A DNA stretch of 63,929 bases, filler included, from Choristocarpus tenellus KU-1152 (GCA_964200185.2; 11 parts of 11 records of this genome joined end to end with filler, not necessarily neighbours in it); one strand, 5' to 3'. Shown: positions 12,423-24,538, counted from the whole stretch's first letter. Translations and numbers: made by a program. Notes: generated from the letters alone by a model not told the origin.

Positions 12423-12939
12423 ACCTCCACCCCCCCCCCAACCCCTCACTCTCCATTGTAGTACAACAAAGACAACAACATATACACACGGTGGTGTAAC
12501 ACCCTGTGTATGTCACAAACCACCCGCAGCAGCTCCGGACGTTCCTTGCGTTGATGATGGCTAACCCAAACCACAGCCTCAGAGACATCACCTCCCTTAG
12601 AAATGTGCATCCACAATTTCTGTCTGCCAGGACGACACACAAGAGGTATGTTTTTACAAATATATACCCTTATCTTGACAATCTATGAACCGGTGGAAAT
12701 TCTGGAGAATTTTCCAGCGCTGGTCAACAATACTAAGAACGGTCCACACCCCATTCAAAATCCGTCGTATCGTGATCGATACGACGAATTTGTCAGCCAT
12801 CCATGGTTTAGGAAACCCATCAGTCCCAACCATGTCCTCCCAAAATATCCCATAAATACACCTGAAAGTCATGTTGGCATATTTGAACTTGTCACAACAT
12901 TGCAGTGAACTCCAACACACTCTTTATTTGGTCAAAAAA

Positions 12940-13640
12940 TTTCCCACTCTTGAAGCCACGGAGTGGGAAAAAATAGAGGTATTTTGGTCGAGAAAACACC
13001 ATCCGACTTTCAAACGTTGAGAAGATTTGGGGACAAGAAGACACCATCCAACTTTGCGGCGTTGATTTTTTTTTTGGACAAGAATACACATTCCAAACTT
13101 GTTGCGTTGAAATATATTCTATGTAGAAACCACAAATATTGGCCACTCCGTGATATCATGGAGTGGGAAAAATAGAGGTATTTTGGTTGAGAAAACACCA
13201 TCCGACTTTCAGGCGTTGAAAATTTTTGGGAACAAGAAGACACCATCCAACTTTGCGACGTTGAATTTTTTTTTGGACAAGAATAAATATTCCTACCTTG
13301 TTGCGTTGAAATATATTTTAGATGAAATTTATATTGTTGAAATTTTCTTGTTGGTAAAAAACCACAAATATTAGTCACTCCGTGATGTCACGGAGTGGCA
13401 ATATTTGTGGGTTTTTTTCCAAGGAAAAAGACCATCCGACTTAGTGGCGTTGAAGAATTTCTAACGTAAAAGCTACAATGGTATTGCAACCTCGTATTGT
13501 CCGAGGTGGCAAATAGTTCTGGCTTCTTGTGATCTACAACACCATCAAATTCTAGGGGATAAAAAGACTTTTTCAGCTTATACTACAAATGTATGTAGTT
13601 ACTCGGCAAGGAAAATGACACCAAACGTTCGGGCGTGGAA
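12940..13640. repeat. Complex array: ~200-bp units, each with a CCACTCCG-N8-CGGAGTGG palindrome and ~43-bp ACACCATCCRACTT...CGTTGA subrepeats
   Basis: Palindromes at 12940-12970, 13143-13166, 13356-13417 and (degenerate) 13482-13514. At least 7 subrepeats. Confidence 0.9.
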
Positions 13641-13890
13641 AAATCTCTGAGGTTTATTCACTCCAAGAATATAGAACTGCAGACGTTTTCCATCCCCTCA
13701 AGTTTTCTACTATTTTTTCAAAGATGTTTCTCGTTGGACGAAACACATGCACACACACATCTCCACGTTCTCGTTCTCCTGCCAACCAATTTGCACATGC
13801 CCAATCGCCTGTCCCCACTGTCCCACCAGAAAGAGAGGAGTTTGCAGACCTTCCAATCCAAGTTCCCTGCACAGTTCGAAGAAGAACAAG

Positions 13891-14461
13891 ATGGATGCTG
13901 TTCTTCGAATACTTTCCTCCTTGCTTGTAGACGAACATGGAAACGAGGGGGGGAGAGGTGAAAGGTATATATGGCAAGATATCGCCACATGGTCCTTGGA
14001 TGAGAATCAGAAATTTGCTCCCTTGGCAAAGGCCCTGCGGGATGTATTATCCAAGGAAGGCAATGCCTCGTCAACAGACCGTCAGGTGAAGACCTTCGTT
14101 GATGCAATCAAGACCGAACTCAACACAGAGCATACCCGTCAAGCGTACATCTCCGTCCTTGTGGGCATTGCACCAGATGTGTCTCCTAGAAGATGGATCA
14201 TCACAACATACGAACCAGTCATATGGAGGTAAGCCAAGAGGTACAAGGTCAAGAATGAAACACTCAAGTGTTTCACGGACAAGAGGAATTTGTTCCTACA
14301 GGATCAGGCGAATCGGGAGAGGAGAGACGAGAACATGCGGCTCATTCTCCGGCGGATCCCACCACCTCCTCAGCATCTGTACCCACCACCAACACAACAA
14401 CAACTCTGGTCAAACGGGGGATCTCAACAACGAGCCCTCGGTCCGCACCGCCTCATTCCAG
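13891..14461 (+). CDS. Orphan protein, putative exons 13891-14228 and 14302-14461, 3' end undefined
   Basis: 113-codon protein-like ORF (MDAVLRIL...YEPVIWR) ending at a strong donor AG|GTAAG. Phase-compatible acceptor ttcctacag and donor CAG|GTAAT follow. Confidence 0.5.
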
Positions 14462-14929
14462 GTAATATATATTTCCTTTGTCAAGATAGAACACCCGTGT
14501 TTGCGGTTATGTGAAGTTTACCATTCTCTACGACCTCAATCCTGAACTGTGTGGGCAAACTAATAACTGCTTCAACAATGACACAATTCCTCTTTTGCAT
14601 ATGTGCATGTCGTGTACACACAAACATGGATAGGCCCAGGATATTCGATACAAAGCAAGACCACTCTTCCTGCCTCTTTGAGAACGAGCATCCGGAAACC
14701 TGTTAAAGTATCCCCAAAATCATCAAAGAGGGTAAAGGTGATAAACCCGGCGAGATTACTTGGTGTCTGTAGAGTGATTGATTAAATTTAGGTGGGGCAT
14801 GCAGCACTCCATAACAACGGTAATATTTCNNNNNNNNNNNNNNNNNNNNNNNNNNNNNNNNNNNNNNNNNNNNTTAATTAATTAANNNNNNNNNNNNNNN
14901 NNNNNNNNNNNNNNNNNNNNNNNNNNNNN

Positions 14930-14957
14930 CTCCCCCCCCCCCCAGGTACTTTGGGCG
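14930..14957. mobile_element. TIR element family A/D terminus at contig start
   Basis: (C)n-aggtactttg-ggcg. Confidence 0.6.
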
Positions 14958-15600
14958 TAACTAGCTCAGAACAAGAAGAAAAAAAAAAAATTAAAAAAAC
15001 GCAACAAAAAAGGTAAAAAGGGACAAACAACAACACTCCACTGAGGTCAGCGCAACGTGACGAACTCTTGTTTCTCCTCCCCCTCTTCCTAGTTACCGAT
15101 TGAGGGACTTTTGTTAGTACTATTATTTTTATTATATAACCCAATCTCATGACAATCCATTATACTTAAAGGTACACCTTTTCCTGGTTGAACCAGCTAA
15201 CGCCAGGGGTATGGTCGACATCGTTCAAAACACCTGTTAGACAGTACAGGCACTAAACTCTGCTGTCCATTTCTATACACCAACTTCCCACTCCATCTGA
15301 TCTCTCCTGTCTCTTTCTATCAATAATTTCATCCATCCATCCATCTCATCTCGTCTGTCTCCTTCTGTCAATATTTTCATCCATCCATCCATCCATCCAT
15401 CCCAATCCATTCCTCCACCTACCCAACTGCCCGTACATCCAATGCGAGTCCCTAAAGAAAATAGCACACATGAAACTAACCCATTTCTTGACTTCACAGG
15501 GACAAGACACCTTCTTTTGAGGAAAATCCTCCCCCACCCTCTCTGTAGCTGCCAAAGCCTGATCACCTCGTAAGAGAAACTAAGAAGAAAAAATGAAATA

Positions 15601-15602
<2 letters not shown>

Positions 15603-15641
<39 letters not shown>
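15603..15641. repeat. (TAA)n microsatellite; (ATCC)n at about 15330-15410 and (CA)n at 15899-15926 nearby
   Basis: Directly visible. Confidence 0.95.
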
Positions 15642-15642
<1 letters not shown>

Positions 15643-15880
15643 ACCACAAAATATTCTCCATACCCTACAGATCTGTCCTAGAATCCAAACAACCAAAAAT
15701 AACAACTAAATACAATTTAGTACCCTATTTTCTTTTTTAAATAAAGCCTCCCAATTTTTAACATACCGGGTTGTTGATGGATTTGATCCCGCTATCTCGT
15801 TTAATGCCAAGCACTGTCTTCCCACTTTTTCCGATGACCAACCCCACCTCCATATAAAAAGAAAAGAGCCAGCATAGAAA

Positions 15881-15928
<48 letters not shown>

Positions 15929-16281
15929 CGACAGGACAGAAAAATGCAGGAATTACAATGGGAATGAAGAAGCGAGAAATGGAGCTTTGTGGTAGTGTAG
16001 ACATTCATCAAGTCTAGGGCTATTTTCTGATTGGTTGGGGCTGGGGGTATTGAGTAACATGACCTCTGATTGGCCAGGGGTTGCTAGGACTTCTGTAAGT
16101 TTTTTTCACATTGTGTTAATACAATAATAACTATCAAGATTGAAACACCATTTACCAACTGAATACAACCGGGGCTAAAAAGGAGAGGACTCAGAACATA
16201 CCTGATAGGCCAAGGTTCACTAAGACTATCCTCACACTACCACCGATACACTTTTTCTAGAAACTTCGCAGACTGGGTAGG

Positions 16282-16609
16282 GCTAGGGTTATGGATATAA
16301 CTATGGAAGAAAAACTAAACCGAACACACTCTTTTGATTGGTCAATGACTGCAGTTAGGACGTGCTAGGGTTATGGATATAACTATGGAAGAAAAACTAA
16401 ACCGAACACACTCTTTTGATTGGTCAATGACTACAGTTAGGACTTGCTAGGGTTATGGATATAACTATGGAAGAAAAACTAAACCGAACACACTCTTTTG
16501 ATTGGTCAATGACTACAGTTAGGACTTGCTAGGGTTATGGATATAACTATGGAAGAAAAACTAAACCAAACGTACTCTCTTGATTGGTTGAGAGATACAG
16601 CTAGGGTTT
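16282..16609. repeat. 82-bp tandem repeat x4
   Basis: ctagggttatggatataactatggaagaaaaactaaacc starts at 16283, 16365, 16447 and 16529. The fourth unit is diverged. Confidence 0.95.
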
Positions 16610-18540
16610 GCAGACTTGAAGGCGTTCTTGGCATGCGTGTTGAGTTGAAACCACACGCAATCTCCACACTGAGAGACAACGCCTACCAGTGGGGGTTGTT
16701 GGTCAATGGGGTGGTCGCAGCCAGGCATCTACTCCTTAAGTAACAAATAGGACTGATGATATCGTTGCCTTCTTGAGTAGACTGGAGGGGGAAGGCGCAG
16801 GTATGCAACTATATATTTTTGGAGGGAGGACACTCACTATACAATACAAGCAAAGAATATCATTCACTATAGCTCGACAGTACATGATTGTGGATTCCTT
16901 CATCCTCTGCATCAGCAATCTCAATCCTCCAAAGGACCTACTAGGGTCTCCGATGTGTTCACCTTTGAGGTATCAATCAACAACACAAATCCCGTCCCCA
17001 TTGTTGCAACCCTTGGCACCCTTACCTGCTCTGTTGGAACCCACAGTCTCAGCTTGAAACGCCCTTTGAGGTGCGGATGATCCAGGTTCCTGCTCAGCAC
17101 GAAAGCATCTGGTGGATTAGTTGCCATGGGGGACACACCACCCTGACGGTGCTGCACAAAAGGTTGCACTGATGACATGCCTCGTAGGCAGAAATTTTAT
17201 GCCTCTCTTCCGACTTCAACCCCGCCTCCCTTTCACTTCTTTTTCCACCCTTCTTCCTACTCCACCCCACGTCCAACACTAGGGCCAATGTGTTTACAGG
17301 GGTTGAACACTGAGCACTCCTCCAGCTGTTGCCTCGCCTATTAGTTTCACAAGTATAGTCCCACCCCTCCCGGGGCCACTACAGCGAGATCACAAAACGC
17401 GAGGTAATCCACCTGCTAACGGGAAAGAAAACATCGACGCACAGCTCGTGGGTGTGTGTGCATCCTACTTGGTGTAGGTGCGATGGAATCGGAGTAATTG
17501 GGTGATGGGACAAGTGTGATGATAAAAGAACGTCCCTTTTGCTCTAATGGCGTAGCAATTAGGTGTGGCGATGAAGAATTGGGGGGGTAATCGACTCCTT
17601 GGTTCTCCTTCTCCATCATTTTCCTTAATGCATCATTTCAGGTAACGGTTCACTTGAGTGGGAACATCGAAGATCAACCAAGGTAAAATTTCAAACTTGT
17701 GCTCGACACACTTAGGGGGAGATATCGCAGGTGGATGGGGGGCATTGAAGGGCTCTAATCTAAATCGTTCCCACGACACCATCGATCTGTTTGGGCATTT
17801 TCGCTCTTGGAGAGGTATTGTCGGCATTAGTGTGCCTATATTCATTGTACTCCTTGTGATTGAAATATCTGCACAATATCTATCACGTCGATAATGAGTT
17901 CGAATCCAGTTGAGAGGTGAGCCATATCGTATGCTGACTTGGGTGTGAACAACTCTTGTCAACGCTGTCTCCAATGTTCCAGTGAAAGAGCACGCTTAGG
18001 AAATATCCTTGGTATACTAGTCTCGGTCGTGTTATCCCAGTCACCCGTACGGCTATAGGACTGGGAAGAAATTTTTTCAGGGACCTCCTGAGCTTAACCT
18101 TCAAAATACACCTATCCTCTTGGTCCTCCGTTTTCAAGCATTGACTTCACCCCACAAGATAAAAAGAGCAAGAATCACACATTGAGAAAAAAAATGTGGA
18201 CATGTGAACGAACACCTGCACTGGAAAAAGGATTATCCAGCAAGTTCTTCAAGCACGAGAAGAAGAGGTGAAACTCCTCGCTCCTACTCCCTTGGACCCT
18301 CCACTTCTAATTGCCCTTGTCCTCCCCTCTACTCCTTAAATGGTTTGGAACCCGGGCGTTATAAATACCTGGGTGGCCTGAAATGAAAGGTTTGACTTTT
18401 GGCGCCAATCCAAAAAGAGATGTTTCATCGGTTGAGAGGGGTGGAACTGTAGATCTTATCCACCTCTAGGAGGGGGAGTCCTGGAGGCTGGATTGATACT
18501 CGTGCTTATAACGTAGGGTCCGCCCAGCCCTGTATGGGAG

Positions 18541-19871
18541 ATGGCGCGGACCAAGCGTACAGCAAAGAAAGCGGTGGGGGGCAAGCGACCCATGAAGACA
18601 CAGAGGTGAATTTCAGACCCCTCAACAAATCGTCACGTGTACCTTGGGCAATGGTGGTAGGGCATCGAGCGCCACGCCACCGCATCCTTTAGTGTGTGAA
18701 TGACTGTCGTCGGCTTTTTCCGAGCTAAGGGGAGCTGTTGGTGTCGATTTGTGAGCTCTTCGGTTGCCCCGTATGCACTCTGATCAACACTGGTGAGGGC
18801 CTCCTTGCGGAGATTCCCCTCCTGGGGGTGGGACTGCGAAAAGAAATGCAATAGCTGTACTACCAAGAATTTTTTATGAGGCGTTTTCTATCTTTGGTAT
18901 CAGTGCAACTGGTACCACAACTTTCCTCCTAGTCTGCATCTGCTTGGTGCCATCAACAAAAGGTCATTCCCGGACCAAATCGCAACCCAACGAAGAAATT
19001 GAAATGGACAACGATGTAGGCCGATAACAATGCACATTCATTTGGAAATATAGGGTTGTCGTCCTTCGCCATCCACCATCCCATCTGACCCTCCAAGTGT
19101 ATATTCTTGCGATGTTTCTTTTTCGTTTTTGATTTTTGGTGGTGGCAAAGGGAGAAATATTGGAAACGGGCTTCCGTCAAGTCTGTCCTATTTTTTACTT
19201 CTAAACATGTTTTTACCTGGCGCCATAATGCGATCGAATGGCAGCGGATGCTATCACCTTGTTTCTCTGCCATCTTGTTTCTGTCTCGAGTGGGTTGAGG
19301 TGGCGAATCTATCTCTGTTGTCGTGTCAAATACTCCTTCCAGGTCTTGTCTAGCTGTGTGTTCAACTTATGTTGTGTGCTAGCAACTCTTGATGAACATT
19401 CCTTTTGTGTACCGTGGTGATATTGTGAAACCACCACGTGAAGCATGCCTTATTGTCTGGATCCACTTGAAACGACATGCTGATCTACCTCATGAAGCAC
19501 AACGCAAGCTCGTGATCACTGTTCATGTTCATATATCCATACATCCATAGAGATACAGTACTGTCTTTTATCTGTCTCTTGTTACATATTTCACACATGT
19601 CCATACATCCAGACACACCATGAGATGGACAATACCTGCCATCCATCCCTTCAATGAAAAGAAGTTGTCCACAACTACGGCAAAACTTCAAAATCTAACA
19701 AATTATTGATTGGAATATAGGAAATCTCTTGCGTCAAGGGGAGCTGAATCGGGTGCAGGGGCACAAACCAAGAGGAGGCGATATCGGCCAGGGGAGAGGG
19801 CACTTAAGGAGATTCGGGCATACCAGCGCACAACAGAGTTGCTGCTTAGGAAACTGCCTTTTGCAAGACTG
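18541..19871 (+). CDS. CENH3: Centromere-specific histone H3 variant (CENH3/CENP-A), exons 1-2 only
   Basis: Exons 18541-18605 and 19721-19871 splice in phase to [72 protein letters not shown]. The divergent tail and LPFARL in place of canonical LPFQRL point to CenH3. The rest of the histone fold was not found in this contig. Confidence 0.8.
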
Positions 19872-22558
19872 GTGAGGAAGGTTGGACCATATCAATAGGT
19901 GCCACAGTTTTTGGATGTGAGAGTGTTGGGATGGATAAGGTACCCAGGCCAACAGCCATTGTATTGCATGTGCAAGACTTGTGAGGCAGGATAAATTTTA
20001 ACAAATCCGGTATGAGGTATTGATTTTGGATATCGGAGTGCTGGGGGTGGGAGAAGAGTTAATGCTGGAGGTCCTGTGTGGGAGGATACTTGTAGAGTTG
20101 GGTTGATGCGCAGGTTAATTGCATAAGTTGGAGAGAGAGACAATGTTGTGGGAGGGCAGAGGGGGGGGGCGGGGGTATGACAAGTCGGTACCAAAAATTT
20201 ACTACTGTAGTGTGGATGACTGGCCAACGTTCAGAACTGGGTTGTGATTGGTTTTTACCATATACAATTGTACTACCTTTACCAGTACTACTACTACTAC
20301 TACTACTACCTCTGTAGTGCTTCTACATGTGGAGGATAGATGTATGTGTACATTATCTAGGGTTGCATCTCCTGAGGAGTCAGCGGAAATTTCCTGAGTA
20401 TATACGTGCATATTCCTCATGGCGTTTCCGTTTGTACCAAAGAAGTGGGTGGGATCTTTACAAAATCGATACCTAAGGATAACCCCGGAGAAGAAGACGC
20501 TGATGAACATTAGTGTAATGGAGTGGGGGTGGTGTGGGCTACTATACACTGAAACCATGATCTTCGAATGCCAAGTTAAGGGCCCAGTGCACGAGCACCA
20601 GTGTACCCCCCCCCCCCCGTCCTAATTAGGAGGATTATGAAAGGCGATGTTGTTAAGAAGCGTAGAATATATCGCTCCNNNNNNNNNNGACAGCGGAGGG
20701 GCCCGGGGCGCCGGCCCCCATGTTCCCCCCCCCCCCCCTTCCTAATCAGGAGTATTATTGAAGGCGTTATTGTTAAGAGGCGTAGAATTTATCTTGCCGC
20801 TGTAAGAGAAATTATATATATGTATGTATGTACGTTTTAAAGAGAATATCGAAGATCCTCCTCGGTGCGTTCACGCTAACCTCAAGATTCATCTGACCAT
20901 TGTCGAAGGTGGGTTTAAGTAATACTGGGTGAAGCCAGTGTTGATGAAGGAAGGGGGTTCGATTTCGATCCCCTTCTGAATTTTAAAAATCCTTTTTGCC
21001 TTTGTGCAAAGTGGAGTTAACCCCCCGCGCCCCCCCCCTCCCCCTGAAGGAAGTTGTAACTGTAGAAGAAGAAGAAGATTAGGAATGATATGTAACACAA
21101 TTTTTAGTTGAGAGTGCCCTCTACAGCACTCAGAATGAGCGGCATGAGTTCAACGACACCCTACCTCTTACCTCGATGGCTCTTACCTCGATGGCATCAC
21201 CCACTGCATGTGATGGTTATGGTTATGTTCGAAAAAGCATCGAATTTTTTCGATCAAATCAGAAATCGAAGTTTGGGAATCACCTTTTGTGTTGCATTGT
21301 GCAAACTGCTCCATTTTGATACCGTGGCGCCTGGGGTGAACAGTGGGGGTGGGAGAGAGGTCAGCTTGGATGACCCAGGAGGGCTCTGGGGCGCTGTCGG
21401 AGGGCTCTGGGCTGCTGTGGGCATATTGTGGGTGCAAGTCAGGGGGAGGTTCATTGAAGTGATGTAACAGAGAGTTGGAGGTAGAACGAAGGGCTGAGGG
21501 GGCGGAGGGGAGGGGGGGAGGGGGGGCGGAGGCGCTGTGGTTTGATGTTGAGATAGATGAGTAGACCCTCCTCCGGAAGAAAGAGATGTCCATGGGAACA
21601 ATGCAGTTGACACGCTTTCATGTCAGTTGAGTCTGTTTTTGATTGGTATGTTTGGAAGGGAAAAAAAAGGCACTGGTCTTGATGTATCCTTGGCGGCCGA
21701 GGGAAGGGGGATTAAATTAATTCCATTTGTCAAAGCGACAGTTACAGCTGAAAGTGACAGTTACAGCTGAAAGAGACAGTTTCTGTGAAGAGGAAGAGAG
21801 AAGAAGTAGCAAACCACCGAGAGTGAGAGGACACTTGCCGTATCGCTTCTGTTCACTACCTGAATGCGTCCCATTTCATAATAATTAGTCTCAGGTTGAG
21901 TAGAGGCTGACCCACTTTCAGTGTGGAAATAATAATAAGCTTAAATCTGTATTTTTTTTTCTTAATGTGTTCTATATTTCGAAGTGACTCTACTACTTTG
22001 ATTTTCTTCCCACCCTCCCACCCACCCCCCCACCCCCCACCCCCCTTTTTTTTAACTGTTGCCTGTACACTACTGTCTGGAGTTTTTGTTATTTCTTATT
22101 TTTTGAGACTTTGAAGAAAAAAAAAGTATGAACTTTTTTTTTTTAATTTAAATCTCTTTCTGAAGAGTGTGTCTCGGTAAAAATAAAAAAAACAAGGGTC
22201 CGACAGCAGCAGTCTAAAAATAAAATAAAAAAACGGGTGGATTTTATCACCTGGTGGTCTTTTTGACTCCGCTGATAGAAAAAACAAACAAAAAGTCAGG
22301 GTCAGGGTCAGGGTTTTTTATCGAGTTTTTTCAGAGGTGTTGATCGTTATCAACAATTTCAAAATTTTCCACTGTCGAAAACGATTTTTTTTTTTTATGC
22401 TTGATGTCTCTCTCGTTCACACTACCTTTGTAAAAAAGCACATTGGGGTGTTTGTACAGCGTACTTCATGACTTGCCTTTCTTGTCATTGCTTTCCCCCC
22501 TGTTGGTTCTGCTATACACACGATACTGCCTCCGTTTAACATTTAAGCATCCGTTCAA

Positions 22559-22800
22559 AACGCCTTGCAGGGTGGTTAAAAATTCCCGCATTGCGAAAGC
22601 GTTTCTTGCTGCTTCACAGTCGGCGATATGGAACCGGTAGAGACTTGAGTCAGAATTTTACGCCATATTTTAGGATACGAACGCCTTGCAGGGTGGTTAA
22701 AAATTCCTGCATTGCAAAGGCGTTTCTTGCTGCTTCACAGTCGGCGGTATGGAATCGGTAGAGACTTGAGACGGATTTTTATTCCACATTTTGGGAAACC
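22559..22800. repeat. 122-bp tandem duplication
   Basis: aacgccttgcagggtggttaaaaattcc...ggtagagacttgag at 22559 and 22681. Confidence 0.9.
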
Positions 22801-23484
22801 CCTGGGATGTTTTTTGTGTGCGTGTGCTGGGCACGTTAGTGCCACACACGTGGTATGCATGTAGTTTGCGCATGTATGTAGCTGCCTTTTTGTTGTTGTG
22901 TTGAGAATATCAAAACATGTGACGGAATCAATTGAAAAGAGAGTAGAAAGGGTGGTGAGGATGCAAAAAAATGGCAGTTTTTAATGTACAAAAACATACA
23001 TAGATACATATATACATACATATATATATGTATATAATTATTTTTTATTTTTTAATTATATTTGGAGTAAATTTCAGTGATAATTTTTGTAGAAACAGTT
23101 CGCTCCCGAGGACATGAGCATGTATGAACACGGCACAGCACGATTGTAGAGAGTATTATTTGGAGGTTTATAACGCTCACTCGATGAAGTGTATGTAGCT
23201 ATGTATGTATGCATGTAAGTGTTTTCGAATACAGGCTTTGGGTGTAGACAATGCTCATGCTTGAGAGTATGCCACAACGTGATACACCCCTAGACATGTA
23301 TGTAGTAACATTCATCCATTTTTTTTTTGGGGGGGGGGTACATGACAAGAAGTATTATCACAGAAAATGATGACGGAGAGCAAANNNNNNNNNNNNNNNN
23401 NNNNNNNNNNNNNNNNNNNNNNNNNNNNTTAATTAATTAANNNNNNNNNNNNNNNNNNNNNNNNNNNNNNNNNNNNNNNNNNNN

Positions 23485-23654
23485 TCTGGGGGGGGGAGGG
23501 GGTCTACACCAGGGTGTCCATTTGGGTCAAAATTGGGAAAAGTGCTTTTACATTATCCACCCGACGTATGCAACCAAATCACACAAAAACCTCAAAGTGA
23601 AAAAATTGACCCCAAATGGACAGCCGCCACCCCCCCCCCCAGATACTTTGAGCC
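23485..23654. mobile_element. TIR element family A (~175 bp), left tip cut by the contig edge
   Basis: tctg(G)n..gtctacaccagggtgtccatttggg ... cccaaatggacagccgcca(C)n agatactttg agcc. Confidence 0.88.
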
Positions 23655-24375
23655 TCTTCAAATTTCTTAGTGCTTTCCCTCTAGAAAACTCTACAACACA
23701 CGACTACCAAGACACAAATTTTCATGGAGTGGTGCACTTTGCAAACGTCAATTTTTCAAAGCAATTGGGTGGAGACTGGTGCTGGCAAAGGAGACACAGG
23801 CACCAGCTATGCCCGTGTTTCCTGCTGTCTTGCTTGGTCAATGGCTACTTGGTCTGTGGAATTCAAACTGTTACTTTGAACAGTATTATTGAGTGAGAAA
23901 CACTTCAATCAACTTTATTCTTCAATTTAGTGGAATAACGATATTCCAACCCTTGCTGGGACAATACAATTCTAAATAGGTATTGTCAGTCCTCAAGTGC
24001 CACCAGTGCCATGAAAATCCCAACAATAGAAATCTCCTACCTCTTTGGACAATCCACGATTTATGGTGGGTGGTCTTCATTGTAAGACGTTTGTATGTTT
24101 CAAGTACAATAGCCCTAGTAATAATAGCAATTTATTCAAACTCTTCACTTTCATGCAGGAACAACTCAAATTTTACATTTGTACATACTTCAATGTATAA
24201 CCAATTGCTGTTTATTTTAAACAGCGATTGGATTACGACAATATCGTGTTTCAGTAAGTTTTGGCTGAGAATTACGAAGGATGGCCAGAAATGATTTCTT
24301 TTTGTTTCCCATGTGGCTAATTGGGAAGGTTAGGGTTTGGGTTTGGGTTTGGGTTAGGGCTAGAGTTATGCAATT

Positions 24376-24538
24376 TACTCAAAGAATCTGGGGGGGGAGG
24401 CAGCTGTCCATTCAGGGTCCATTTTTCCATGTTGCGATTTTTTGGTGATTTAGTTGCATGAGTCGGATGGATAATGTAAGTTCACTTGTCCTGGTCATGG
24501 CCCAAATGGACACCCCCCCCCCCCAGATACTTTGAGCA
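24376..24538. mobile_element. TIR element family A, complete, opposite orientation
   Basis: tact-caaagaatctg(G)n ... (C)n agatactttg-agca, flanked by ATT/ATT. Confidence 0.88.

Noticed and set aside
12990-13460. CRISPR array
   Set aside because: The repeats are degenerate, the intervening sequences are themselves repeated rather than unique spacers, there are no cas genes, and the context is eukaryotic.
15760-15840. tRNA gene on the minus strand (B-box-like GCGGGATCAAATCC); similar hints at 43130-43175 and 52850-52890
   Set aside because: No convincing acceptor or anticodon stems could be formed. At most these are decayed SINE-like remnants.
18541-19871. Canonical histone H3
   Set aside because: The tail diverges after residue ~17 and the fold has LPFARL/PGERAL instead of LPFQRL/PGTVAL.
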